Shown here piece by piece: positions 23,239 through 38,200 of a stretch of DNA of 64,000 nucleotides. Made by a program: the position numbers and the translations under genes. Source of the stretch: Antedon mediterranea (lineage: Eukaryota > Animalia > Echinodermata); assembly GCF_964355755.1 (NCBI RefSeq), contig NC_092671.1, forward strand, positions 21,283,317 through 21,347,316, written 5' to 3'. The notes under the pieces are model-generated. The model was not told the origin of the DNA and did not search any database. It saw nothing but the letters and a program-made list of their open reading frames with translations. Numbering within the stretch: position 1 is the first letter of the stretch; each line of letters begins with the position of its first letter.

Positions 23239-26200
23239 AATAGCTTCAAATCGCATTTGGAGACGTTTTAGACCATTTTGTAATTTTCAAAAAAACTTGT
23301 TAACATAAAAACACCAAAGTTCTTAGAATAGCTTCAAATCGCATTTGGAGACGTTTTAGACCATTTTGTGCATTTCGATGAAACTTGGTTACACAAAAAC
23401 ATCAAAGTGCTTAAAATCACATTATAAACCGTTTTAGACCATTTGAGCATTTCGATAACACTTTTCACACAAAAACATCAAAGTTCACAATATAGCTTAA
23501 TATCCTATTTAAAAACGTTTTAGACCATTTTGAGCATTTCGACAAAACTTTTTCACACAAAACACCAAAGTGCTTAGAATACCTTCAAATCGCATTTGGA
23601 GACGTTTTAGACAATTTTGTGATTTTCGAAAAAACTTGTTAACATAAAAACACAAAAGTTTACAGAATAGCTTCAAATCGCATTTGGAGACGTTTTAGAC
23701 AATTTTGTGATTTTCGAAAAAACTTGTTAACATAAAAACACCAAAGTGCTTAGAATAGCTTCAAATCGCATTGGGAGACGTTTTAGACCATTTTGTGATT
23801 TTCGAAAAAACTTGTTAACATAAAAACACCAAAGTGCTTAGAATAGCTTCAAATCGCATTTGGAGACGTTTTAGACCATTTTGTGATTTTCGAAAAAACT
23901 TGTTAACATAAAAACGCCAAAGTTCTTAAAATAGCTTCAAATCGCATTTGGAGACGTTTTAGACCATTTTGTGATTTTCGAAAAAACTTGTTAACATAAA
24001 AACACCAAAGTGTTTAGAAAAGCTTCAAATCGCATTTGGAGACGTTTTAGACCATTTTGGGATTTTTGAAAAAACTTGTTAACATAAAAACACCAAAGTG
24101 CTTAGAATAGCTTCAAATCGCATTTGGAGACGTTTTAGACCATTTTGTAATTTTCAAAAAAACTTGTTAACATAAAAACACCAAAGTTCTTAGAATAGCT
24201 TCAAATCGCATTTGGAGACGTTTTAGACCATTTTGTGCATTTCGATAAAACTTGGTTACACAAAAACATCAAAGTGCTTAAAATCACGTTATAAACCGTT
24301 TTAGACCATTTGAGCATTTCGATAACACTTTTCACACAAAAACATCAAAGGGCACAATATAGCTTAATATCCTATTTAAAAACGTTTTAGACCATTTTGA
24401 GCATTTCGACAAAACTTTTTCACACAAAACACCAAAGTGCTTAGAATACCTTCAAATCGCATTTGGAGACGTTTTAGACAATTTTGTGATTTTCGAAAAA
24501 ACTTAACATAAAAACATCAAAGTTTACAGAATAGCTTCAAATCGCTTTTGGAGACGTTTTAGACAATTTTGTGATTTTCGAAAAAACTTGTTAACATAAA
24601 AACACCAAAGTGCTTAGAATAGCTTCAAATCGCATTGGGAGACGTTTTAGACCATTTTGTGATTTTCGAAAAAACTTGTTAACATAAAAACATCAAAGTG
24701 TACAGAATAGCTTCAAATCGCATTTGGAGACGTTTTAGACCATTTTGTGATTTTCGAAAAAACTTGTTAACATAAAAACACCAAAGTGCTTAGAATAGCT
24801 TCAAATCGCATTTGGAGACGTTTTAAACCATTTTGTGATTTTCGAAAAAACTTGTTAACATAAAAACACCAAAATGTTTAGAATAGCTTCAAATCGCATT
24901 TGGAGACGTTTTAGACCATTTTGTGATTTTCGAAAAAACTTGTTAACACAAAAACACCAAAGTGATTAGAATAGCTTCAAATCGCATTTGGAGACGTTTT
25001 AGACCATTTTGTGATTTTCGAAAAAACTTGTTAACATAAAAACACAAAAGTGATTAGAATAGCTTCAAATCGCATTTGGAGACGTTTTAGACCATTTTGT
25101 GCATTTCGATGAAACTTGGTTACGCAAAAACATCAAAGTGCTTAAAATCACATTATAAACCGTTTTAGACCATTTTGAGCATATCGATAACACTTTTTAC
25201 ACAAAACACCAAAGTGCTTAGAATAGCTTCAAATCGCATTTGGAGACGTTTTAGACCATTTTGTGATTTTCGACAAAACTTTTTCACACAAAACACCAAA
25301 GTGCTTAGAATACCTTCAAATCGCATTTGGAGACGTTTTAGACCATTTTGTGATTTTCGAAAAAACTTGTTAACATAAAAACATCAAAATGTTTAGAATA
25401 GCTTCAAATCACATTTGGAGACGTTTTAGACCATTTTGTGATTTTCGAAAAAACTTGTTAACACAAAAACACCAAAGTGATTAGAATAGCTTCAAATCGC
25501 ATTTGGAGACGTTTTAGACCAATTTGTGCATTTCGATGAAACTTGGTTACGCAAAAACATCAAAGTGCTTAAAATCACATTATAAACCGTTTTAGACCAT
25601 TTTGAGCATATCGATAACACTTTTCACACAAAAACATCAAAGAGTACAATATAGCTTAATATCTTATTTAAAAACGTTTTAGACCATTTTGAGCATTTCG
25701 ACAAAACTTTTTCACACAAAACACCAAAGTGCTTAGAATAGCTTCAAATCGCATTTGGAGACGTTTTAGACCATTTTGTGATTTTCGAAAAAACTTGTTA
25801 ACATAAAAACATCAAAGTGCTAAGAATAGCTTCAAATCGCATTTGGAGACATTTTAGACCAATTAGTGATTTTCGAAAAAACTTGGTTACACAAAAACAT
25901 CAAAGTGGTTAAAATCACATTATAAACCGTTTTAGACCATTTTGAGCATTTCGATAACACTTTTCACACAAAAACATCAAAGTGCTTAGAATAGCTTCAA
26001 ATCGCATTTGGAGACGTTTTAGACCATTTTGTGATTTTCGAAAAAAACTTTTTAACATAAAAACACCAAACTTCTAAGAATAGCTTCAAATCGCATATGG
26101 AGACAATTTAGACCATTTTGTGATTTTCGAAAAAACTTGTTAACATAAAAACACCAAAGTGCTAAGAATAGCTTCAAATCGCATATGGAGACAATTTAGA

Positions 26201-29200
26201 CCATTTTGTGATTTTCGAAAAAACTTGTTAACATAAAAACACCAAAGTGCTTAGAATACCTTCAAATCGCATTTGGAGACGTTTAAGACCATTTTGTGAT
26301 TTTCGAAAAAACTTGTTAACATAAAAACACCAAAGTGCTTAGAATAGCTTCAAATCGCATTTGGAGACGTTTTAGACCAATTTGTGATTTTCGAAAAAAC
26401 TTGGTTACACAAAAACATCAAAGTGGATAAAAGCACATTATAAACCGTTTTAGACCATTTTGAGCATTTCGATAACACATTTCACACAAAAACATCAAAG
26501 AGCACAAAATAGCTTAATATCGTATTTAAAAACGTTTTAAACCATTTTGAGCATTTCGACAAAACTTTTTCACACAAAACACCAAAGTGTTTAGAAAAGC
26601 TTCAAATCGCATTTGGAGACGTTTTAGACCATTTTGGGATTTTCGAAAAAACTTGTTAACATAAAAACACCAAAGTGCTTAGAATAGCTTCAAATCGCAT
26701 TTGAAGACGTTTTAGACCATTTTGTAATTTTCGAAAAAACTTGTTAACATAAAAACACCAAAATGTTTAGAATAGCTTCAAATCGCATTTGGAGACGTTT
26801 TAGACCATTTTGTGATTTTCGAAAAAACTTGTTAACACAAAAACACCAAAGTGATTAGAATAGCTTCAAATCGCATTTGGAGACGTTTTAGACCATTTTG
26901 TGATTTTCGAAAAAACTTGTTAACATAAAAACACCAAAGTGATTAGAATAGCTTCAAATCGCATTTGGAGACGTTTTAGACCATTTTGTGCATTTCGATG
27001 AAACTTGGTTACGCAAAAACATCAAAGTAATAATCACATTATAAACAGTTTTAGACCATTTTGAGCATATCGATAAAACTTTTTACACAAAACACCAAAG
27101 TGCTTAGAATAGCTTCAAATCGCATTTGGAGACGTTTTAGACCATTTTGTGATTTTCGACAAAACTTTTTCACACAAAACACCAAAGTGCTTAGAATACC
27201 TTCAAATCGCATTTGGAGACGTTTTAGACCATTTTGTGATTTTCGAAAAAACTTGTTAACATAAAAACATCAAAGTGTACAGATTAGCTTCAAATCGCAT
27301 TTGGAGACGTTTTAGACCATTTTGTGATTTTCGAAAAAACTTGTTAACATAAAAACACCAAAGTGCTTAGAATAGCTTCAAATCGCATTAGGAGACGTTT
27401 TAGACCATTTTGTTATTTTCGAAAAAACTTGTTAACATAAAAACACCAAAATGTTTAGAATAGCTTCAAATCGCATTTGGAGACGTTTTAGACCATTTTG
27501 TGATTTTCGAAAAAACTTGTTAACATAAAAACACCAAAGTGCTTAGAATACCTTCAAATCGCATTTGGAGACGTTTTAGACCATTTTGTGATTTTCCAAA
27601 AAACTTGTTAACATAAAAACATCAAAGTGTACAGAATAGCTTCAAATCGCATTTGGAGACGTTTTAGACCATTTTGTGATTTTCGAAAAAACTTGTTAAC
27701 ATAAAAACACCAAAGTGCTTAGAATAGCTTCAAATCGCATTAGGAGACGTTTTAGACCATTTTGTGATTTTCGAAAAAACTTGTTAACATAAAAACACCA
27801 AAGTGCTTAGAATAGCTTCAAATCGCATTTGGAGACGTTTTAGACCATTTTGTGATTTTCGAAAAAACTTGTTAACATAAAAACACCAAAATGTTTAGAA
27901 TAGCTTCAAATCACATTTGGAGACGTTTTAGACCATTTTGTGATTTTCGAAAAAACTTGTTAACACAAAAACACCAAAGTGATTAGAATAGCTTCAAATC
28001 GCATTTGGAGACGTTTTAGACCAATTTGTGCATTTCGATGAAACTTGGTTACGCAAAAACATCAAAGTGCTTAAAATCACATTATAAACCGTTTTAGACC
28101 ATTTTGAGCATATCGATAACACTTTTCACACAAAAACATCAAAGAGCACAATATAGCTTAATATCTTATTTAAAAACGTTTTAGACCATTTTGAGCATTT
28201 CGACAAAACTTTTTCACACAAAACACCAAAGTGCTTAGAATAGCTTCAAATCGCATTTGGAGACGTTTTAGACCATTTTGTGATTTTCGAAAAAACTTTT
28301 TCACACAAAACACCAAAGTGCTTAGAATACCTTCAAATCGCATTTGGAGACGTTTTAGACCATTTTGTGATTTTCGAAAAAACTTGTTAACATAAAAACA
28401 TCAAAGTGTACAGAATAGCTTCAAATCGCATTTGGAGACGTTTTAGACCATTTTGTGATTTTCGAAAAAACTTGTTAACATAAAAACACCAAAGTGCTTA
28501 GAATAGCTTCAAATCGCATTAGGAGACGTTTTAGACCATTTTGTGATTTTCGAAAAAACTTGTTAACACAAAAACACCAAAGTGCTTAGAATAGCTTCAA
28601 ATCGCATTTGGAGACGTTTTAGACCATTTTGTGATTTTCGAAAAAACTTGTTAACATTAAAACACCAAAATGTTTAGAATAGCTTCAAATCGCATTTGGA
28701 GACGTTTTAGACCATTTTGTGATTTTCGAAAAAACTTGTTAACACAAAAACACCAAAGTGATTAGAATAGCTTCAAATCGCATTTGGAGACGTTTTAGAC
28801 CATTTTGTGCATTTCGATGAAACTTGGTTACGGAAAAACATCAAAGTGCTTAAAATCACATTATAAACCGTTTTAGACCATTTTGAGCATATCGATAACA
28901 CTTTTCACACAAAAACATCAAAGAGCACAATATAGCTTAATATCGTATTTAAAAACGTTTTAGACCATTTTGAGCATTTCGACAAAACTTTTTCACACAA
29001 AACACCAAAGTGCTTAGAATAGCTTCAAATCGCATTTGGAGACGTTTTAGACCATTTTGTGATTTTCGAAAAAACTTGTTAACATAAAAACATCAAAGGG
29101 CTAAGAATAGCTTCAAATCGCATTTGGAGACATTTTAGACCAATTAGTGATTTTCGAAAAAACTTGGTTACACAAAAACATCAAAGTGGTTAAAATCACA

Positions 29201-32200
29201 TTATAAACCGTTTTAGACCATTTTGAGCATTTCGATAACACTTTTTACACAAAAACATCAAAGTGCTTAGAATAGCTTCAAATCGCATTTGGAGACGTTT
29301 TAGACCATTTTGTGATTTTCGAAAAAAACTTTTTAACATAAAAACACCAAACTGCTAAGAATAGCTTCAAATCGCATATGGAGACAATTTAGACCATTTT
29401 GTGATTTTCGAAAAAACTTGTTAACATAAAAACACCAAAGTGCTTAGAATACCTTCAAATCGCATTTGGAGACGTTTTAGACCATTTTGTGATTTTCCAA
29501 AAAACTTGTTAACATAAAAACATCAAAGTGTACAGAATAGCTTCAAATCGCATTTGGAGACGTTTTAGACCATTTTGTGATTTTCGAAAAAACTTGTTAA
29601 CATAAAAACACCAAAGTGCTTAGAATAGCTTCAAATCGCATTAGGAGACGTTTTAGACCATTTTGTGATTTTCGAAAAAACTTGTTAACATAAAAACACC
29701 AAAGTGCTTAGAATAGCTTCAAATCGCATTTGGAGACGTTTTAGACCATTTTGTGATTTTCGAAAAAACTTGTTAACATAAAAACACCAAAATGTTTAGA
29801 ATAGCTTCAAATCACATTTGGAGACGTTTTAGACCATTTTGTGATTTTCGAAAAAACTTGTTAACACAAAAACACCAAAGTGATTAGAATAGCTTCAAAT
29901 CGCATTTGGAGACGTTTTAGACCAATTTGTGCATTTCGATGAAACTTGGTTACGCAAAAACATCAAAGTGCTTAAAATCACATTATAAACCGTTTTAGAC
30001 CATTTTGAGCATATCGATAACACTTTTCACACAAAAACATCAAAGAGCACAATATAGCTTAATATCTTATTTAAAAACGTTTTAGACCATTTTGAGCATT
30101 TCGACAAAACTTTTTCACACAAAACACCAAAGTGCTTAGAATAGCTTCAAATCGCATTTGGAGACGTTTTAGACCATTTTGTGATTTTCGAAAAAACTTG
30201 TTAACATAAAAACATCAAAGTGCTAAGAATAGCTTCAAATCGCATTTGGAGACATTTTAGACCAATTAGTGATTTTCGAAAAAACTTGGTTACACAAAAA
30301 CATCAAAGTGGTTAAAATCACATTATAAACCGTTTTAGACCATTTTGAGCATTTCGATAACACTTTTCACACAAAAACATCAAAGTGCTTAGAATAGCTT
30401 CAAATCGCATTTGGAGACGTTTTAGACCATTTTGTGATTTTCGAAAAAAACTTTTTAACATAAAAACACCAAACTGCTAAGAATAGCTTCAAATCGCATA
30501 TGGAGACAATTTAGACCATTTTGTGATTTTCGAAAAAACTTGTTAACATAAAAACACCAAAGTGCTTAGAATACCTTCAAATCGCATTTGGAGACATTTT
30601 AGACCATTTTGTGATTTTCGAAAAAACTTGTTAACATAAAAACATCAAAGTGCTAAGAATAGCTTCCAATCGCATTTGGAGACGTTTTAGACCATTTTGT
30701 GATTTTCGAAAACAACTTGTTAACATAAAAACACCAAAGTGCTTAGAATAGCTTCAAATCGCATTTGGAGACGTTTTAGACCAATTTGTGATTTTCGAAA
30801 AAACTTGGTTACACAAAAACATCAAAGTGGATAAAATCACATTATAAACCGTTTTAGACCATTTTGAGCATATCGATAACACTTTTCACACAAAAACATC
30901 AAAGACCACAATATAGCTTAATATCGTATTTAAAAACGTTTTAGACCATTTTGAGCATTTCGACAAAACTTTTTCACACAAAACACCAAAGTGCTTAGAA
31001 TAGCTTCAAATCGCATTTGGAGACGTTTTAGACCATTTTGTGATTTTCGAAAAAACTTGTTAACATAAAAACATCAAAGTGCTAAGAATAGCTTCAAATC
31101 GAATTTGGAGACATTTTAGACCAATTAGTGATTTTCGATGAAACTTGGTTACACAAAAACATCAAAGTGGTTAAAATCACATTATAAACCGTTTTAGACC
31201 ATTTTGAGCATTTCGATAACACTTTTCACACAAAAACATCAAAGTGCTTAGAATAGCTTCAAATCGCATTTGGAGACGTTTTAGACCATTTTGTGATTTT
31301 CGAAAAAAACTTTTTAACATAAAAACACCAAACTGCTAAGAATAGCTTCAAATCGCATATGGAGACAATTTAGACCATTTTGTGATTTTCGAAAAAACTT
31401 GTTAACATAAAAACACCAAAGTGCTTAAAATACCTTCAAATCGCATTTGGAGACATTTTAGACCATTTTGTGATTTTCGAAAAAACTTGTTAACATAAAA
31501 ACATCAAAGTGCTAAGAATAGCTTCCAATCGCATTTGGAGACGTTTTAGACTATTTTGTGATTTTCGAAAACAACTTGTTAACATAAAAACACCAAAGTG
31601 CTTAGAATAGCTTCAAATCGCATTTGGAGACGTTTTAGACCAATTTGTGATTTTCGAAAAAACTTGGTTACACAAAAACATCAAAGTGGATAAAATCACA
31701 TTATAAACCGTTTTAGACCATTTTGAGCATTTCGATAACACATTTCACACAAAAACATCAAAGAGCACAAAATAGCTTAATATCGTATTTAAAAACGTTT
31801 TAAACCATTTTGAGCATTTCGACAAAACTTTTTCACACAAAACACCAAAGTGTACAGAATAGCTTCAAATCGCATTTGGAGACGTTTTAGACCATTTTGT
31901 GATTTTCGAAAAAACTTGTTAATATAAAAACACCAAAGTACTTAGAATAGCTTCAAATCGCATTTGGAGACGTTGTAGACCATTTTGTGATTTTCGAAAA
32001 AACTTGTTAACATAAAAACACCAAAGTTTACAGAATAGCTTCAAATCGCATTTGGAGACGTTTTAGACAATTTTGTGCATTTCGATGAAACTTGGTTACA
32101 CAAAAACATCAAAGTGCTTAAAATCACATTATAAACCGTTTTAGACCATTTGAGCATTTCCATAACTCTTTTCACACAAAAACATCAAAGGGCACAATAT

Positions 32201-35200
32201 AGCTTAATATCCTATTTAAAAACGTTTTAGACCATTTTGAGCATTTCGACAAAACTTTTTCACACAAAACACCAAAGTGCTTAGAATACCTTCAAATCGC
32301 ATTTGGAGACGTTTTAGACCATTTTGTGATTTTCGAAAAAACTTAACATAAAAACATCAAAGTTTACAGAATAGCTTCAAATCGCATTTGGAGACGTTTT
32401 AAACCATTTTGTGATTTTCGAAAAAACTTGTTAACATAAAAACACCAAAATGTTTAGAATAGCTTCAAATCGCATTTGGAGACGTTTTAGACCATTTTGT
32501 GATTTTCGAAAAAACTTGTTAACACAAAAACACCAAAGTGATTAGAATAGCTTCAAATCGCATTTGGAGACGTTTTAGACCATTTTGTGATTTTCGAAAA
32601 AACTTGTTAACATAAAAACACCAAAGTGATTAGAATAGCTTCAAATCGCATTTGGAGACGTTTTAGACCATTTTGTGCATTTCGATGAAACTTGGTTACG
32701 CAAAAACATCAAAGTGCTTAAAATCACATTATAAACCGTTTTAGACCATTTTGAGCATATCGATAACACTTTTTACACAAAACGCCAAAGTGCTTAGAAT
32801 AGCTTCAAATCGCATTTGGAGACGTTTTAGACCATTTTGTGATTTTCGACAAAACTTTTTCACACAAAACACCAAAGTGCTTAGAATACCTTCAAATCGC
32901 ATTTGGAGACGTTTTAGACCATTTTGTGATTTTCGAAAAAACTTGTTAACATAAAAACATCAAAGTGTACAGAATAGCTTCAAATCGCATTTGGAGACGT
33001 TTTAGACCATTTTGTGATTTTCGAAAAAACTTGTTAACATAAAAACACCAAAGTGCTTAGAATAGCTTCAAATCGCATTAGGAGACGTTTTAGACCATTT
33101 TGTGATTTTCGAAAAAACTTGTTAACATAAAAACACCAAAGTGCTTAGAATAGCTTCAAATCGCATTTGGAGACGTTTTAGACCATTTTGTGATTTTCGA
33201 AAAAACTTGTTAACATAAAAACACCAAAGTTCTTAAAATAGCTTCAAATCGCATTTGGAGACGTTTTAGACCATTTTGTGATTTTCGAAAAAACTTGTTA
33301 ACATAAAAACACCAAAGTGTTTAGAAAAGCTTCAAATCGCATTTGGAGACGTTTTAGACCATTTTGGGATTTTTGAAAAAACTTGTTAACATAAAAACAC
33401 CAAAGTGCTTAGAATAGCTTCAAATCGCATTTGGAGACGTTTTAGACCATTTTGTAATTTTCAAAAAAACTTGTTAACATAAAAACACCAAAGTTCTTAG
33501 AATAGCTTCAAATCGCATTTGGAGACGTTTTAGACCATTTTGTGCATTTCGATGAAACTTGGTTACACAAAAACATCAAAGTGCTTAAAATCACGTTATA
33601 AACCGTTTTAGACCATTTGAGCATTTCGATAACACTTTTCACACAAAAACATCAAAGGGCACAATATAGCTTAATATCCTATTTAAAAACGTTTTAGACC
33701 ATTTTGAGCATTTCGACAAAACTTTTTCACACAAAACACCAAAGTGCTTAGAATACCTTCAAATCGCATTTGGAGACGTTTTAGACAATTTTGTGATTTT
33801 CGAAAAAACTTGTTAACATAAAAACATCAAAGTTTACAGAATAGCTTCAAATCGCTTTTGGAGACGTTTTAGACAATTTTGTGATTTTCGAAAAAACTTG
33901 TTAACATAAAAACACCAAAGTGCTTAGAATAGCTTCAAATCGCATTGGGAGACGTTTTAGACCATTTTGTGATTTTCGAAAAAACTTGTTAACATAAAAA
34001 CATCAAAGTGTACAGAATAGCTTCAAATCGCATTTGGAGACGTTTTAGACCATTTTGTGATTTTCGAAAAAACTTGTTAACATTAAAACACCAAAGTGCT
34101 TAGAATAGCTTCAAATCGCATTTGGAGACGTTTTAAACCATTTTGTGATTTTCGAAAAAACTTGTTAACATAAAAACACCAAAATGTTTAGAATAGCTTC
34201 AAATCGCATTTGGAGACGTTTTAGACCATTTTGTGATTTTCGAAAAAACTTGTTAACACAAAAACACCAAAGTGATTAGAATAGCTTCAAATCGCATTTG
34301 GAGACGTTTTAGACCATTTTGTGATTTTCGAAAAAACTTGTTAACATAAAAACACCAAAGTGATTAGAATAGCTTCAAATCGCATTTGGAGACGTTTTAG
34401 ACCATTTTGTGCATTTCGATGAAACTTGGTTACGCAAAAACATCAAAGTGCTTAAAATCACATTATAAACCGTTTTAGACCATTTTGAGCATATCGATAA
34501 CACTTTTTACACAAAACACCAAAGTGCTTAGAATAGCTTCAAATCGCATTTGGAGACGTTTTAGACCATTTTGTGATTTTCGACAAAACTTTTTCACACA
34601 AAACACCAAAGTGCTTAGAATACCTTCAAATCGCATTTGGAGACGTTTTAGACCATTTTGTGATTTTCGAAAAAACTTGTTAACATAAAAACATCAAAGT
34701 GTACAGAATAGCTTCAAATCGCATTTGGAGACGTTTTAGACCATTTTGTGATTTTCGAAAAAACTTTTTAACATAAAAACACCAAAGTGCTTAGAATAGC
34801 TTCAAATCGCATTAGGAGACGTTTTAGACCATTTTGTGATTTTCGAAAAAACTTGTTAACATAAAAACACCAAAGTGCTTAGAATAGCTTCAAATCGCAT
34901 TTGGAGACGTTTTAGACCATTTTGTGATTTTCGAAAAAACTTGTTAACATAAAAACACCAAAATGTTTAGAATAGCTTCAAATCGCATTTGGAGATGTTT
35001 TAGACCATTTTGTGATTTTCGAAAAAACTTGTTAACACAAAAACACCAAAGTGATTAGAATAGCTTCAAATCGCATTTGGAGACGTTTTAGACCATTTTG
35101 TGCATTTCGATGAAACTTGGTTACGCAAAAACATCAAAGTGCTTAAAATCACATTATAAACCGTTTTAGACCATTTTGAGCATATCGATAACACTTTTCA

Positions 35201-38200
35201 CACAAAAACATCAAAGAGCACAATATAGCTTAATATCGTATTTAAAAACGTTTTAGACCATTTTGAGCATTTCGACAAAACTTTTTCACACAAAACACCA
35301 AAGTGCTTAGAATAGCTTCAAATCGCATTTGGAGACGTTTTAGACCATTTTGTGATTTTCGAAAAAACTTGTTAACATAAAAACATCAAAGGGCTAAGAA
35401 TAGCTTCAAATCGCATTTGGAGACATTTTAGACCAATTAGTGATTTTCGAAAAAACTTGGTTACACAAAAACATCAAAGTGGTTAAAATCACATTATAAA
35501 CCGTTTTAGACCATTTTGAGCATTTCGATAACACTTTTTACACAAAAACATCAAAGTGCTTAGAATAGCTTCAAATCGCATTTGGAGACGTTTTAGACCA
35601 TTTTGTGATTTTTGAAAAAAACTTTTTAACATAAAAACACCAAACTGCTAAGAATAGCTTCAAATCGCATATGGAGACAATTTAGACCATTTTGTGATTT
35701 TCGAAAAAACTTGTTAACATAAAAACACCAAAGTGCTTAGAATACCTTCAAATCGCATTTGGAGACGTTTTAGACCATTTTGTGATTTTCCAAAAAACTT
35801 GTTAACATAAAAACATCAAAGTGTACAGAATAGCTTCAAATCGCATTTGGAGACGTTTTAGACCATTTTGTGATTTTCGAAAAAACTTGTTAACATAAAA
35901 ACACCAAAGTGCTTAGAATAGCTTCAAATCGCATTAGGAGACGTTTTAGACCATTTTGTGATTTTCGAAAAAACTTGTTAACATAAAAACACCAAAGTGC
36001 TTAGAATAGCTTCAAATCGCATTTGGAGACGTTTTAGACCATTTTGTGATTTTCGAAAAAACTTGTTAACATAAAAACACCAAAATGTTTAGAATAGCTT
36101 CAAATCACATTTGGAGACGTTTTAGACCATTTTGTGATTTTCGAAAAAACTTGTTAACACAAAAACACCAAAGTGATTAGAATAGCTTCAAATCGCATTT
36201 GGAGACGTTTTAGACCAATTTGTGCATTTCGATGAAACTTGGTTACGCAAAAACATCAAAGTGCTTAAAATCACATTATAAACCGTTTTAGACCATTTTG
36301 AGCATATCGATAACACTTTTCACACAAAAACATCAAAGAGCACAATATAGCTTAATATCTTATTTAAAAACGTTTTAGACCATTTTGAGCATTTCGACAA
36401 AACTTTTTCACACAAAACACCAAAGTGCTTAGAATAGCTTCAAATCGCATTTGGAGACGTTTTAGACCATTTTGTGATTTTCGAAAAAACTTGTTAACAT
36501 AAAAACATCAAAGTGCTAAGAATAGCTTCAAATCGCATTTGGAGACATTTTAGACCAATTAGTGATTTTCGAAAAAACTTGGTTACACAAAAACATCAAA
36601 GTGGTTAAAATCACATTATAAACCGTTTTAGACCATTTTGAGCATTTCGATAACACTTTTCACACAAAAACATCAAAGTGCTTAGAATAGCTTCAAATCG
36701 CATTTGGAGACGTTTTAGACCATTTTGTGATTTTCGAAAAAAACTTTTTAACATAAAAACACCAAACTTCTAAGAATAGCTTCAAATCGCATATGGAGAC
36801 AATTTAGACCATTTTGTGATTTTCGAAAAAACTTGTTAACATAAAAACACCAAAGTGCTAAGAATAGCTTCAAATCGCATATGGAGACAATTTAGACCAT
36901 TTTGTGATTTTCGAAAAAACTTGTTAACATAAAAACACCAAAGTGCTTAGAATACCTTCAAATCGCATTTGGAGACGTTTAAGACCATTTTGTGATTTTC
37001 GAAAAAACTTGTTAACATAAAAACACCAAAGTGCTTAGAATAGCTTCAAATCGCATTTGGAGACGTTTTAGACCAATTTGTGATTTTCGAAAAAACTTGG
37101 TTACACAAAAACATCAAAGTGGATAAAAGCACATTATAAACCGTTTTAGACCATTTTGAGCATTTCGATAACACATTTCACACAAAAACATCAAAGAGCA
37201 CAAAATAGCTTAATATCGTATTTAAAAACGTTTTAAACCATTTTGAGCATTTCGACAAAACTTTTTCACACAAAACACCAAAGTGTTTAGAAAAGCTTCA
37301 AATCGCATTTGGAGACGTTTTAGACCATTTTGGGATTTTCGAAAAAACTTGTTAACATAAAAACACCAAAGTGCTTAGAATAGCTTCAAATCGCATTTGA
37401 AGACGTTTTAGACCATTTTGTAATTTTCGAAAAAACTTGTTAACATAAAAACACCAAAATGTTTAGAATAGCTTCAAATCGCATTTGGAGACGTTTTAGA
37501 CCATTTTGTGATTTTCGAAAAAACTTGTTAACACAAAAACACCAAAGTGATTAGAATAGCTTCAAATCGCATTTGGAGACGTTTTAGACCATTTTGTGAT
37601 TTTCGAAAAAACTTGTTAACATAAAAACACCAAAGTGATTAGAATAGCTTCAAATCGCATTTGGAGACGTTTTAGACCATTTTGTGCATTTCGATGAAAC
37701 TTGGTTACGCAAAAACATCAAAGTAATAATCACATTATAAACAGTTTTAGACCATTTTGAGCATATCGATAAAACTTTTTACACAAAACACCAAAGTGCT
37801 TAGAATAGCTTCAAATCGCATTTGGAGACGTTTTAGACCATTTTGTGATTTTCGACAAAACTTTTTCACACAAAACACCAAAGTGCTTAGAATACCTTCA
37901 AATCGCATTTGGAGACGTTTTAGACCATTTTGTGATTTTCGAAAAAACTTGTTAACATAAAAACATCAAAGTGTACAGATTAGCTTCAAATCGCATTTGG
38001 AGACGTTTTAGACCATTTTGTGATTTTCGAAAAAACTTGTTAACATAAAAACACCAAAGTGCTTAGAATAGCTTCAAATCGCATTAGGAGACGTTTTAGA
38101 CCATTTTGTTATTTTCGAAAAAACTTGTTAACATAATAACACCAAAATGTTTAGAATAGCTTCAAATCGCATTTGGAGACGTTTTAGACCATTTTGTGAT

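Larger units (their letters stand above)
18589..24484 (+). repeat. 2948-bp tandem duplication containing SINE copies 2 and 3
   Basis: Constant 2948 offset (19184/22132, 19938/22886, private G at 20968/23916); chimeric junction monomer at 21528-21540. Confidence 0.92.
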